A DNA stretch of 64,000 bases from the NCBI GenBank assembly GCA_002633005.1, contig NMRA01000318.1:273594-337593 (forward strand), read 5' to 3'. This DNA is from Phoronis australis. Its lineage: Eukaryota > Animalia > Phoronida. The position numbers were made by a program, and so were the translations under genes. Below, one piece after another: positions 1 to 13,700 of the stretch; position 1 is the first letter of the stretch, and each line of letters starts with the position of its first letter. Below the pieces are notes generated by a model. That model was not told the DNA's origin. It did no database searches and saw only the letters and a list, made by a program, of their open reading frames with translations.

Positions 1-707
1 GTTTGTGTTGCCACATGTGGTCCTACAACAGAAAGTTAACGACTCCATAAATTTCTAAATATATTACACAGACCATTATTAGGATTTTAGTAAGAAGGTG
101 AAATGAAATTTACCAGAAGCCTGAACTGAGATTTAAAAGATGAACAACACTGTTACTGAATTTCATGTGATGTATTCACAAACATAGATACCGACATTTT
201 AAGTCCTACACATTGCTAATGCAGATCAAGCTAAAATCAGAAACTTCAAATCAGAATAAGTCAAGTTACCAGCAACTCCTCCACACACCATGGTTTTATC
301 ATTGCTAACTCGCCTTAAAAACAAAACAAATACTTCCTATCCAAACTCAATTCAAATCAATGTTTTCAAATGTGGCGCTGCATGTAAGGTTTCAAGTGAA
401 CATGACAAAATTTTTGTAATATCACAGTTGTCTAGATTAACACCAGGCATAATGCCTACCTCTCATTTACATGATGGAGATTTGCTTGAAAGCACCTGCA
501 AGCCCTGCCATGCCAATTTTTGTTACCTTTGAGTAATGCAGAGTCAGAATATTAGCGACATTTTAATTGACTCATTCAGGCATAGAAATACCCGTGTTCT
601 CCCACAATGTTTCATTTGACTCCCCCATGTGATGCATTTGGTGTAAATGTAGTCTCTGGATGTTTACCCAAATTGAATGTTTGCCTAAACAATGATAGGA
701 AACAAAC

Positions 708-1843
708 CTCGATAACTTTAAGTCTTCTCTCGTAGTCCTTTTTGTCTTGTTGGATACGTGCCGCCAAATCAACGGTGGACTGGACTCTGGGACTTTCGCC
801 TGTCTTCGGCTTGTCTGTCCGGTCGATTGTGAAGGCATGTGTGTATCTCCCAGAATCCAGGAATCCATCAGGACCACACTTTCTTTCTTGTTCTCTGTGA
901 AATTGAAATTCACATTTTTATAAAAAATGCACCATAAGTTTTAGGCCTAGGTTTCTTTTGAGTATGGCCCAGATCAAATGCCCTTAACACTTAATACTAT
1001 CCATTTGTCACCTAAAATCACAGACTTTTAGCACACATTCTTAGTGAATATTATTTTATACTTGAAAGCATACTATGCAGCAATATCTATAATGGGAAGC
1101 GTTGTTAATTACAGAACACCCTAGTATAAATAATCAGTGTTCCACAACCTGGTTTGACTCGTCAAAGTAAAAGCATTGAGATCATCCCAGATGAGTTCGG
1201 TTTAATAGCTTGGCTTGAGTTAGAGCAACGAGATTGAGGTTTTGTGATATAAGTCCCTGCCTAAGAAAAATTAAGACGTTTTGGACTTTTGACTTCAGTA
1301 TAATACACTGATTCTAAGACTTTACATATGCCGGGTAAACCTTCCTTAGCATGGACATGGACTTTGGACACTCACTTTTGACTATGTACAAGAAATTGGT
1401 AATTCCTGCCGTGTTTGAAAATTTAATGGAAAACACTGATAATAGCCAAGGCCAGCACTAATTATAACAATTTCTAACCCTGGAACTATCTGGAACTTTT
1501 TTAACTTTCAAAAACGCTGCTTTTTCATTGACTCTAAATAAAGCAGGCTAGGACTCAGTGTTTAGAAACAGTGTTCCTAGTAACATCTTGAACTATACCG
1601 GCTAATTCAGGCACAAACTTTAAGTATACCCAGAAATCCAATGACATTTGAAACATATCAAGTTTTAACTTAACAATAGGCAAGACTTGCTCACTTCAAA
1701 AATGTGGCATATTCGCGGCTTGCATTAGTCTTCTCTTCTTCATTATCAGAGGGGTTCTCCAGAGTACTTCCTGGTCGGCGAATCACAGCATAGCGACTTT
1801 TCGTAAGGTTGGGCCGGGCAAACGGAAGATCAGTGAGCACCAT
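708..1843 (-). CDS. Uncharacterised protein, 5' coding exons only (gene continues beyond left edge)
   Basis: Coding exons 1843-1695 (acceptor TTTCTCCAG, ACAAAATGG start, GTGAGC donor, phase 2) and 894-708 (TTTCACAG acceptor, GTTTGT donor) join in frame: MVLTDLPFARPNLTKSRYAVIRRPGSTLENPSDNEEEKTNASREYATFLKEQERKCGPDGFLDSGRYTHAFTIDRTDKPKTGESPRVQSTVDLAARIQQDKKDYERRLKVIE. The C-terminal part looks coiled-coil. Non-coding first-exon donors (GTAAG) lie at 2805 and 2987. No family recognised. Confidence 0.7.
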
Positions 1844-2433
1844 TTTGTACTGGAGAAAGAAAATTACGATGTAAAGCAAAATGTAAGTTTACTACAAAGG
1901 TAATATGTTTCAAGCAACACTGCAGATTACAATTAACAATTAATTTTGAAAATTTCTTCTGGGGCCGAAAAACATGAGCAAAGGATATAGCACATGTGAA
2001 TATGAAACTAGTGTGATTTGATTGTATTGAAATAGTTCATACTTAAGTCAAAAGTTTCACCTTTTGCCAGTTTAGTAGAATGTACTTTTACTTCAGTATA
2101 CCATGCACTGTATGGCTACTCAGCTACAGTTAATGATTACACTGCAGTTTCTTTAGACGACACGCGTGATCATTGTAGTTATAGCATTCCTGCCAAGAGG
2201 TGTTGCAGTTTTATAATGGCGGTCACTCGAGATCGGCTGCCACAAATGAACACCTCGTAAAAACAGTGAATGAATCAATAAGAAGAGCCTAATTGGTACG
2301 AGTAATACAATTTTAGAACCACCATGATCACCATGGTGAGAGGATTCGGAAAATATTAATATCAAATTTTCGTGTCGTTAATGGAGTCGGATTGTAAACA
2401 ATAACTGACATTTACACTCAGACTCAGCTTGTG

Positions 2434-2707
2434 CCAGGAGGTATGACATCATATCCCTTGGTGCGAGCAGTGTACTAAAAGTGGCCAGTTGCCGATTTGG
2501 GCAACTGAATGAAGGACTGCTCGAAAAAAAGTTTATTTGTTCATTGAAGTTGGAAGAAATTCGAGGGCCTGACTACGGTGTCTCTCTATGCGCAACATAG
2601 AAACGTGATTTTGATGTTTTAATCAGTGTCAGGCATAATTCGCAGAAAAGCTTCCGGCGTACGAAGCGCCTATATCAGGAGCTTCACCGTCTCGAGTCGA
2701 AGGCGGG
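2434..2707. repeat. Old interspersed repeat, copy inverted relative to 3884-4189
   Basis: GCCAGTTGCCGATTTGGGCAACTGAATGAAGGACTGCTCGAAAAAAAGTTT is the reverse complement of about 4093-4143. Patchy similarity continues over about 270 bp. Confidence 0.75.
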
Positions 2708-3123
2708 TCGAGACTTAGTTGTACCGTATAAAAATTGTTGGTCACTTCCTTAAGTTCAGTTCTGACTTTCCGGAAGGCACATGATCGCATCAAAAGTTTA
2801 CTTACCTTTAGTTAAATACTTTGAATGTCCGATCCTTATTTTCCGAGAAGTTGGACATCAAATCATATTACAGTCGATATGATCGACCTAAACAGTAGCA
2901 CTGATTTCAGAAATCACACATGCCACCAAACGTCGTCTTGGTGATATGTTGACATCACGCGGTATCTCGATAAGTACGAGAACTTACCCCAAACCAAAAA
3001 ATATATTATTTCTTATAAATGATGAAAACATGTGTTTTAAAAATATCAGATTTGAAAACTAGTGCTTCTATTTCTCTTTATGTGTGATAAAACATAATAA
3101 ATTTATGCAGACGACGAGCTGTC

Positions 3124-3137
3124 GTTGGCATGGTAAC
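3124..3137. promoter_or_regulatory. RFX X-box in bidirectional promoter
   Basis: GTTGGCATGGTAAC differs by one base from GTTNCCATGGNAAC. It lies about 230 bp upstream of the CFAP299 ATG and between the divergent first exons. A forkhead-like GTAAATA is at 3349. Confidence 0.65.
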
Positions 3138-3364
3138 GCAAAATCAATGCGCTTTTCGAACTATTTTGTTGAACAAACTGATCCGGTGTCAAAATTCAAT
3201 TATCATTCACAATTTTCCGAAGATAAGTGCCGACTTGTCTATCTTGAATAAAATCTTTGTATTAAAATTTTTATTGATTTATTTTCAAGCAGTGGACCCG
3301 GTTTATTGCTGCGTATGAACATTCTTTCAGTCAAGGTGTGAGAAGCATGTAAATAAATTTCAAC

Positions 3365-6300
3365 ATGGCTGAAGAAGAGGTTCACGGTGGTGGCGACAAC
3401 ATCGTCACCGAATTCAACACTTACGAGGACTTCCTTGATTCTCAGATCACATCACTAGATTTATACTATCTTGAGGTATGTGTGTAAATTTAACACCCTC
3501 TGAGATAGTCCCACAAGTGAGAGTGGGGACTATCGATCCCGTCAAATATTTAACCCGCGGTTGGGTGAACTGACGACTGGAGGGCACAGGGGAGTGCAGG
3601 GGTACACATAGTTTATTTCTATTGACCTGAACAAGGAATTGACGTATTTTGCGAGCTTTTAATTTGAGATCACTCGACCAAGGAATCGCACCAGCAAAAC
3701 CTAATAAAACCAGCAAGCCCATGTATCAACCATTCACTCAGGTGATACTGATACTGATAGACCATTGCCTGTTATTAGTGTTAGCAGTGGCTAACTGAGG
3801 CTCATGCTCATAGAGTCATATGCTTCAATGAAATCACGTCTACAGTACAGGCTTGCTACCAGGAAGATGTACACTAGACAGTGCCGCCATCTCGACGAGT
3901 AATAGTAGAGACGGTCAGGCCAACCCACTGGCCCTTTATTATTATAGGACAGAAGCTTTTTGTCAAATTATGCCTCACACTCATTCAGCCGTTAGTCATG
4001 TTGCTTTAAGTACCTTCTGTGTATAAAGAGACACCTTAGGAGGCCGTTGATGTCTTTAATTTCTTTAATTTCAAACAAATGCTCCCATAATCAAACTTTT
4101 TTTGAAGCAATCCTTCGTTCAGTTGCCCAAATTGGCAACTGGCTATTTTTACACTACTTACGCAGGGGGTATGACGTCATATCCACTGGACCGGGGAATC
4201 AAAACAGTGACCCAAGTAAATGCAGTGGGCATGCTAACCATTCACGTTTTAGTAATTTTGCCCGTTAGCGAGTGGCTAACGGACTACAGAAGCTGATATG
4301 ATTAACCATGAGCATGTCTATTAACAATTCGCAATTTCGTAAATAATGAGATGCTTGCATGTCAACCCTGACCATGGAGATAGCTGTTTGAACTAGGCCA
4401 GCGCAACTGGCACAGACTGTAATCATCCTATAGGGATGCTATGAAGCAGGAAGTTTTTGGCAAATTATGCTTTACACTGACTTACCATAGTCATGTTGCT
4501 ATAAGTACCTTTTGAACATAGGACACCTTAGCAGATTGTTGATGTCTTCAACTCTTCCCAGCTTGAACCAATTCTGTATCAACCAACATTTTTTTTGATT
4601 ACCAACATTTTTTTTTATTAGTCCTTTGTTCAGTCAATAAAATTACAGTCAATGAGCTTGACGTTTAACGGAAACATTATTAGAAGGTCAGCCATGCCCA
4701 GAAGTGGCAGCACACACGGGACAGTGACCATAGCATAATATATAGCTACATTAAAAAATTGTAGTGGTTCCTGATTTAGAGAATCAGTTTCACCTACTGT
4801 ATAACAGACCTGTAACTTAGTCATTGCCTGGTTGTCTAAGTCAGGAACCACTATATCAGACCAGCATCACAAAGTAAAGCTGCCACATAGTCGTAGAAAG
4901 TGCAACTCAAAGAGGGTGGCCATCCCATAGACCATGTATGTGCGAGAAGCTTGTTTGGTAATTATATGCACGACTCTGGCTAAACCATCAGCCCCGTTGC
5001 TTTAAGCAGAGTACCTTTTGAGCATTGAAGGACAGATTTTAAGTTTACTGATATTGTTAGTATCATGTGACCTCAGAGCATATGACAGTTCAAGAGAAAG
5101 CCTCTCTAATCTGCTTGCCAAGGGACACTTTTCTCTTAGCTGAGCAGTTTGGAAGGCATGGAACACTGGTTCAAGTCTTGGTTTTGGCAGATTTTTCAGC
5201 TATGTCTCTAAATCCTTCCTACTTAAAGATTTCTCAGTGAACCTTGGTCAATGCCCAGTGCGTTAGTGATTGGCTCAGTTCTGATATCAAAGAGGTGGAC
5301 CTTGATAAAATTGACATGTGAGACGTGTGTAGTGATGCAATCACAAAAAGGCTAGTTCATGATTTTGTTGACAGAACAAAGCACTGCTCATAAAAATGTT
5401 TATTGAGGGTGTATCTGTTCTATCTGGAAGGATTTAAAAGCTCCCAGCTCCCTCCAAAGGAGTCCAGCTACACTCGCAAGCTATACATACAATAATAACA
5501 TGACATTTATAGTTTAGCGAAGATTAAGAATAATTTGCAGAAGATTTTGTGGTATATGTGATGTATTAGGATTCGTCACTGCTATTGACCTGTGAGACGC
5601 AGTGGAAGTGCCTGAAACCAAATCAATTTTTGTAGGAAACTTATTTCCAAGTACTATGTCTGAGTAAATTCTCCTGCCTGTAGTATTGTACTATTGTTTA
5701 TCATCCTCAAGCCAGTGAAACACAACTGAACGACACATAGTTGGTTATTTAGTCGAACGGGAAATTGGTAGTGTTTTGCGCGCTAGGTAACAATCAACAT
5801 TCCCATCTTGGGCCTGATGTTCCATGTAGGCTCATCTCCTGAAGCAGAGGCAAAGTGACTTGCACGCATTGCTTGTGCATGACTGATAAACGAGCCTTTC
5901 ATGAAAATTGTATTAAATGATCAAGATTTTGTTAATAGGCAAATTTTTTTCTGTAAAAAATTGCATTGGACACAAAATTGGCCAACATTCAAGGAAATTT
6001 TATTCAAGAGACGTTTGTTCACTCAATTTAAATCTCTAAGCCAAACTGCTCTGCTTCAATGGCAGTGTTGCAACCTATGCTCTGGTATGCATTTATTCAG
6101 TTAAACAAGACAGATGTTATCAGCTACATAGTTGTTCCTTCTTGGTAATGTCTTCCTGGTCTCACAGATGTTTGTCAATTGTATTTTTAAGGCCTGCCGT
6201 TCATGGGCTTCAAATCTTGTTGAGGTTCTGGATCACTTGGGGACACAAAAGATTAGCGGATTTCTGTAAAAAGATTTCATGCAAATTTTTGATATTTTGA

Positions 6301-7945
6301 AATACAAGGTATAACACTAATATCAACACATTCTTGTTAAATTCCTTTGTAACTTTCTAAATGTTATGTTTTGTTGCTTTGCAGGATGAAGAACTCGCTA
6401 GACAGCTTGTTGAGCTTGGCTATCGTGGTAGTGGTGAAGTGCTGAAGCGAGAAGAGTTTGAAGCCAGGAAGGCAGCAGCAGAGGCAAGTAGACTGTCAAA
6501 ACGGAGCCAACAGAAGACACTAGCTAGCTCTGGGAAAGAGCTAAAGGACCCTTTCCTCAAAAACCTTGCAATACGAGAAGAGGCTAACAGGAGTGGTAAA
6601 ATGACGGTAAGTTGGGATATGTGTGAACTTTGGCATGTAATGCTTCTGTATCGTTTATTTTTCAGTATCTATTCTTAGGACATAAATGGCAAAAGTGAAC
6701 CCTAGTCCTTAGCAAAATCCTAATGCCAACTTTTTTACCATTTACTGGTTGGTAACAATCTTCAAAATTGTAAATTTCCAATATGAAGACTTTCCATTTT
6801 CTATATTTGTATAATTATTCTAACTGATAATGTTATGATTGATGCTGATGAAGCTCAATTTTGATTATTTTTTACCGTTTGATGAAGGTTATGAATTAAA
6901 GAGAATAGTAGTTAAACAAAACGTTATCTACTCTTGCTTGAGAAATGTCTTTCAATGATCAAGTATTTATTTTTACTCAGTCACTCAGTCAAGTTCTTAT
7001 ATATATGTAGAATATGCAAATTTATCACAATTAGTAATTGTAAAATATACATTTGTATATAGATGAAGAATTTTGTCTATAACCAAACCTGCTGAAAGAA
7101 GAAAAAAGAGGTAATTATTCCGTCTGAAAATTTTCTTTCCTGATTTTCTTTTCAGACAATCATCTTCATCAGAGATAAAAATGCACGGGGACAAGAAATA
7201 TCTGGCTACCTTGATTATGCACACCGGCTCAAAACAGAAGACTTTGAGCCATACTTTTCTGGCAAGAAGAGGCTTCTTCCCAGGCCATCTGATCTAAGGT
7301 AATTAATTTATTAAATCACTCAGTTTCATTTAAATTGTTATTTTTAACGATATAACTCTATGGAAAAGTTGTTCTAGGTCTCCAACAGTGCTTGTTGTGG
7401 AAATGAACATGTTAGAATTATTACTAAAAAATACTTTGATATTTGAATGGTGCCAATAGAATAGTGTTTTTTAGAGAGTCCTGATTTGCCATTGGTTGAA
7501 TAAAGAAAGGTGTAAGACTCAATCAATTGGAAAAACTAGAATTGTCATCTATTAGTGTCGTCAACCTATTTTTTTGAAGCTGCATTTTGCTCTGTTTAGC
7601 TGGCTAAAAACAAAATGTTGAGTTCTTAACTGAAGTACTTTGGTATATAAACATTACCTTGCTCATATGATCTTGAATTGTTGCCGAATGAGCCGGTAAC
7701 TTAAGTCATGGGCAATGCGCCCACGCACAATTTTTGAATTCGCAAATTTAGGGTTGGCCACCCCCAGTCAACTCTGAATTGTTTTGTTAAGTAGCTGTGA
7801 TTGCAGAAATAGATTCTTATCATGGCAAGGATTTATTAGACTGATTTTATGACAGTAAAAAGTATAATTCAATTTTCGTTTTTCACCAGCTGAACAGCAT
7901 TTACCACATTGCTTTTGTCATGTTTTATTCCATAGTTATACTTGA

Positions 7946-7992
<47 letters not shown>

Positions 7993-8928
7993 GTGTGTGT
8001 GTGTGTGCGTGTGCGTGTGCGCGTGTGCGTGTGTGTGTCTTGCTTTTCTGAATCTATATCATTTCTTGCATTAAATTGATTGTTAGTGTTCAAGAGTTGA
8101 CTTTTATTGTTTACTTGCCAAACTTCAATTGGTGATGATGTTTATTTTAGCTTCTACAACTGGGAAACTCAAACTTCTACATCCAACCCCACCCCAAATT
8201 ATCAAGTGATAGCAGAAAATGCATCTGGGTTGTTGTTCAAGAACAAAAGAGACAGGAAAATATTAAATGTAGACCCCAAGGTATGTAAAACTTGTTGGCA
8301 TAACTTGTCAAGTTGTTCAATCAAATGTGTGTGTCATAGTGTGACACTTGTCATCAAGTGTAATTCTACTGAGCTACGACAATTTAATGAAAGCAATCTT
8401 ATGTTGTTGTGTAATACTCTTCACATACACGACCGTCCAAGATTAGGTAGCACGACACTGATAACATTGCATTCTGATAGTGCATACTCACATCAGCTAG
8501 TTTCTGAAGTGATCAAGTACTGCTTCTTGTTCCAGTTAAGTGAACATCAAATTTTATTCTTTCAATTCTTCTGGAAACAGGGCCATAGCTTTAGTTTGGG
8601 AGGGGGCAGGTTATAGTAATTCGCAACATCAGTCTTCTTGCTAGGTTTTGAATGGACTGTTCATCGACATTAAATATGTTTTTGTCCCCAATAATTATTA
8701 CTTTTCTACAGCCTTGTCAGTGAATCCCACATAATTATATTTATTCTGCTACCAGTCATCTTGCATTGTCTATGAATATTTTCTGGTTGCATGTTCAAAG
8801 AATTTAACGTTAATATCCTGTCTTTTCAGGCCATTTCACCTGGAGATAATTCAACCAGGACAGTTGTGGAGTCACCCAGATACATCCAAATAGTTATTTA
8901 TGATCATGTTACAAGGCGGAAGACATAG
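3365..8928 (+). CDS. CFAP299: Cilia- and flagella-associated protein 299 (C4orf22 orthologue), 234 aa
   Basis: Exons 3365-3475, 6385-6606, 7156-7298, 8151-8280, 8830-8928; all GT-AG and phase-consistent (705 nt). Translation includes [93 protein letters not shown] and [15 protein letters not shown] at 9153. Confidence 0.95.
3884..5060. repeat. Three degenerate copies (about 3884-4189, 4447-4570, 4945-5060) of the repeat seen inverted at 2434-2707
   Basis: Shared AAGCTTTT..CAAATTATGC..GTCATGTTGCTTTAAGTACCTT..GACACCTTAG blocks in CFAP299 intron 1. Confidence 0.6.
7950..8038. repeat. (GT)n/(GTGC) microsatellite
   Basis: Directly visible dinucleotide run in CFAP299 intron 3. Confidence 0.95.
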
Positions 8929-10554
8929 GATGAACGTTTCACATCAACACCTCGGCATTAGCATTACCCTGTCTTTAATAGCCTACTGTGATTTGTAAAT
9001 AGTCTCATCTGTTGACAAAGCAAACGAATGCTTTTCAGTTTATTCTCAGTATATTGTAAATAGAGATATATTTAATGAGAAAAACTGGTAGTAATAAGTT
9101 TACATCTTTGTCCATTTGAGTGTGCATGTATGACTGTTTATTTTTGTCATTCAATAAACATTCTTAATATTCTGTTTTGTTGTGTTTTGGTTGCAAAGTA
9201 TACCTTCAGACTGTTTATTCATGTATGATTTGAGAATTCTCATTGATGGCCTCTTGCAAGGATAACAATGGAATCCACTCAACTGCTTTTGTCACCATGG
9301 TATCTAAGTGCCAAATCTCTTTAGACTAGTTGACTGTAAGAAATGTCATGTGCCTCGTCAGTCTGAATCCTCAGCTGGTATTGCAGGATTGCATTCTGTA
9401 GAGTAAAACTGGAGTGGTAACGTGCTTTGCTTGCAATACATGGTGATATCTTGCTTTTTTGGAATTCTCGTGTCTGCAAAATGTTAATATGTGTCTGCCT
9501 TGGTTATTACCAGCTGGAAAAACATGAAACTACACCATTGTTTGCTGCTTGTAAATGTAAATGAGGCATAACAACTCAAAACTGGCTCTTTTGACCTTGG
9601 GATAAAACTTGGTTATACACAATCTCTTCTTGCACGCTATGTTCTTTTTTAATTGCCATAGTCGCTAGCATCTGAAAACAGAAACACAGATTTATGCTAA
9701 AATACAAGGGTCAATATCCACCTCAAAAAATAAAGTGTGTGGAAAACCACTAAGAGACAAGAATGCACAGTAAGATGTCAATTTCTTTATGTTTGTTGAC
9801 GTGTGGGACATTTAATTGATGTGGCAGGATGAGGGACAAAGCTTTGGAAAGCAGGACAATCTTGCCCAAAAATGAGACATTTGGCAAGAATGTTGTGGTC
9901 CTGAATATTAAGCAGAGCATATAAAGTTGCACTTTGCCCTGTCTAGTTGGCTGAATCTGTCTCATAAAATTAGGTCTCATAATATTACCCTTGATTACCA
10001 ACCAAAGCATCAACTCAAAACGCTTCAAAGGTAGTTGGAGATGGTCAACATGTTAAGAAAATGAAAGGTGCATGCATGTATGCGTATTGCTTGACTTGTG
10101 TTGGTAATGTAAATGGAATTCTGTTTTGGTAAGAAAAGGCCTAGTTCGATTTCAGTCTTCTCAGCCTGCTCAGGCGTCCCAGTAGCACATTCCTAGCAGC
10201 AGCCTAAGTCAGCTGATCACTAATTTCTGGATGTAAGAGTTTGCTTTTCTTACCTGGTAGATCTGTCTATAATAACTGAAACCACAACATGAGTCTTGGA
10301 GTTGCCAGCCAGCAACACACGACTGAAAGGCATGTCAAAATGCATTCTCAACTCCGGTTTCACATCCTGTCAAAATGGTCAAAAGTGAATATAGTAAACA
10401 AACAACTTAAGGCTAGTTTTTGAATGCAAAGACTTTATTTTCACCAACCAAAATATTGCAAGTTAGTGTACAAATTCACAGCATGGCCTGAAACCATTGT
10501 CCCAGGCATAACTGAGTGAGTGCAGACGAATTTTAGCTAACGACCATTTTGTAT

Positions 10555-10749
10555 GTCACGTGATTTATGGAAAACTGATTGTTTTTTCAACGTAGAAGGC
10601 ATATATGTAGATGTTTAACGTTTTTATTGGCAATTATATCCGTGTTATTTTATTTAAAACAGCAAAAAAGTTGTTTTAAGTGCAAAATATTGAAGTTTTT
10701 ATTCGAATGGTATTTACGTCTGAACCGGAAGTAAAGTAAAAATGGCCTG
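10555..10749 (+). promoter_or_regulatory. WDR45B core promoter: CLEAR-like E-box, ETS site, YY1-like site
   Basis: GTCACGTGAT 10555-10564, ACCGGAAGT 10724-10732 and AAAATGGCC about 10739-10747, all within 250 bp of the ATG. Confidence 0.55.
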
Positions 10750-10798
10750 CATCTTTTACCAAAAGGACTTTAAGACGTTTGCTGTTTAAACTGTTGAA

Positions 10799-13700
10799 AT
10801 GAATTTAGGACTTGCCGAAAACCAAGGCAACGGTTTGTTGTATGCAGGTTTCAATCAGGATCAAGGTGTGTTATTTTTAGGATCTTATTTTTATGACCTT
10901 GAAACCGAAGTCTGTCTCAGCCAGTGACTGTCACTGTCCGAAATAAGAAACTTAAAAAGTGAAAATGATACTGACCAACAGTGATCAGGGTGATACGGAT
11001 TTTCGGATGGACGTTTAAGCCTTGTCTTGTCACAGAAAATGTCATTGATCATGTATTTGAAAAAAGTCAGGACCAGCTTGCGGGTACGTGGCTGCAACTG
11101 GCAGGGTTGTGTCTCAGTTGGCAGTGTGTGTGTAATTTGTCACTGTGTATCACTGTTAGTGATTTTATTTAGGTATATTTATTGTCAGAAGATATATCAA
11201 ACCATCTAGCTTTGCATATATCTGGAACTAACCATGAGAGAAAATTCCCTCAATACAAAACAGTCTTCCCTGCTACTAACAACTTTGTTTAAATACATAA
11301 CATTCCTCCTATCAACTTAGTTTAATAGTCTCTTGACTATTGAGACAAAGACTTTACCAAATAATGCCTCTAAATCATCCGTTAAAGTATTTAAACAATG
11401 GCGAACAAGTTTAGTCTTTTTGGTGGTTTGGTAATGCGACTTGACCGAAGTAGTGAAGAGCGTTCGAAATACATGCTGGCCTGATATCCCGGGGCCAGTT
11501 GATTTGCAGCCGGGTCAGTAACTTTTTTAAGTTAACTTGGCACTTGGGCCAGTAAACTGTCAGACTAACTGGCCCGGCGGGCCAGCACAGTAATTTACTG
11601 AAGTTCGAACACTACAGTGGCTGTTCAAAGACTTCAGTCTGGGCAGCTTGCACAAATGTGATGACATCACACAGTCGCTATCAACAGTGAATCAGCTACC
11701 AGCATCCCTATGACTTGATGGGGATTCTGACCACGAGGTAGACTCATGTGTTGCCGGGACAAATGAGTGACTTTCAGCGTTAAGATGACTCAGTACCAGA
11801 TTGCTATCATCCTGAAGCAGGTGATGGACATGAGTAAACCTGGGGTTCTAACGACATAGGTTAACGAACTCTTAACCTTAACAATAGCTCAAAGAATCCA
11901 CTTCTCTCTTTCGCTCCTACATTGACGCACACGAACACATTGATGCAATCTATACTGCATAATAGTCAGTTTGTTACCATTGTGTTGAATTTTTTGATGG
12001 AGCCCTTTTTCCTGGCTTTATTTGCATTAGCCGCATACGTCTACACCACTGGTCAGTGAGTTTATTGCAAACAGGTTGTGTTTCGAAAATGTAGGCTCCC
12101 AGTTATGGAATACTATACGAACCCCTCCTCCATTTGGAAATTATTTTTGGCTGATTTTCAGAATGTCTGGACTCTGGACCTAGAAAAAATAGCAAAATCT
12201 CTGAGAGAGTGGTCACTTAAAAGCTGCATTTTGTCTGATTTAGCTGGCTGAAAACAAAAATTGAATTTGGCATTTTATTCTCAATTAAATCGGATTCTAT
12301 TACCATCACCAACAAGAATATCGAAACCATCGGCGTTTGAAGAAAATGTTTTGGACAGTCCATTATGTTTGGCCAACCCTAAAACTGAATTCGAAAATGT
12401 TGCATTGTCTGTCATTTAAGTTCCTGACTCATTCATCAGCATTGGATGAACATAGTTATGCTTTGAACCCCAAAGCTTTTTGGTTAATAATTGGCAGCTT
12501 AACAGCAATAAAACGTCTCTTTAAAGGAAAAAGAAGTAACAGCTCATTTTTCTGATTACTGACTGTTGAAAAATCGAGAAAATGGTCAATTAGTTGCTTG
12601 TGTAAAGATTATGCATTATTATGTCAAAGTAAAATCACACCATTGTTGGAAAAACATGCTCAAACTTGATCATGTACTGAAACTGTACTGATAGCTGACA
12701 CTTGTAAAGTTTCAGTCTGTAAGATCTGTGTCGTGTTACACTAGTATTGCGTGAATCAAGCTCACAGTGTGATGTCTTGGGTAGGATGCTTCGCCTGCGG
12801 AATGGAAACTGGATTCCGTGTGTACAACGCTGATCCCCTGAAGGAGAAGGAGCGTCAGGACTTCCCAGAGGGTGGCATCGGTCATGTGGAGATGTTATTC
12901 AGATGTAACTACCTTGCCCTAGTTGGTGGTGGCAAGAGTCCGAAGTTCCCCTCAAATAAAGGTGAGTAGTTAGCGGTCTTTGACACTTCCCCATGTCATA
13001 GCTGACTATTTTTTTTGGATTACTATTTGTACAATAACTAGCTGGTCAAAAAGTGGAATTTTGTATTGACAAAAATCTCCCAAAAATAAATGGAATCTGC
13101 ATGGTTTGCCCTGAAAAGCTGTCACAAACCAGCACTTGATTTCTCGTTGCTCTGGTCGTCCTTTGAAAAATAGAAAAGATACAGTTTTAGTTTTGGCAAT
13201 TCTTTTCGTGTGAAGTAAGTGAGGAATTGCCAAGAATAAACATATTTTACAAACTGTCATTAACCGTACTTAAAAAGGATTGTTTGTAATTATATCTCTA
13301 ATAGATTTATATGGTCTAAATGTAGTGTCGATAGTTTTCTGCGGTCATGAGGGCCCTGTTGTTTGATCTATTCTTTTACTAATTCCTTATTAACTTAATA
13401 ATTGAAAAATTGATTACCGTGAGTCAAATAAGTCTGGAGTGTCTTAGTATGGTATAGGTATTTCAGGTTTGTTTAGTAACTGTCATGTGATTTCTTTCTC
13501 AGTTATGATTTGGGATGACCTGAAGAAGAAACATGTGATTGAGTTGGAGTTTTCAACAGAAGTTCGAGGTGTCCGCCTGCGGAGAGACAGGTAGTGCATA
13601 CGGTTACCTGATTAGGCCAAAGTTAAAGCCATTTCCCCTGTTCATTAGACTGATTAACGCTAACAAAACTGGTATCAAAAATGTTCTCGTAATCAGAGCG

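Noticed and set aside
572-913. 113-aa minus ORF as a gene
   Set aside because: The real exon (894-708) is read in a different frame, set by the phase-2 junction.
7869-8093. THTHTH-rich ORF
   Set aside because: It is a translation of the (GT)n microsatellite.
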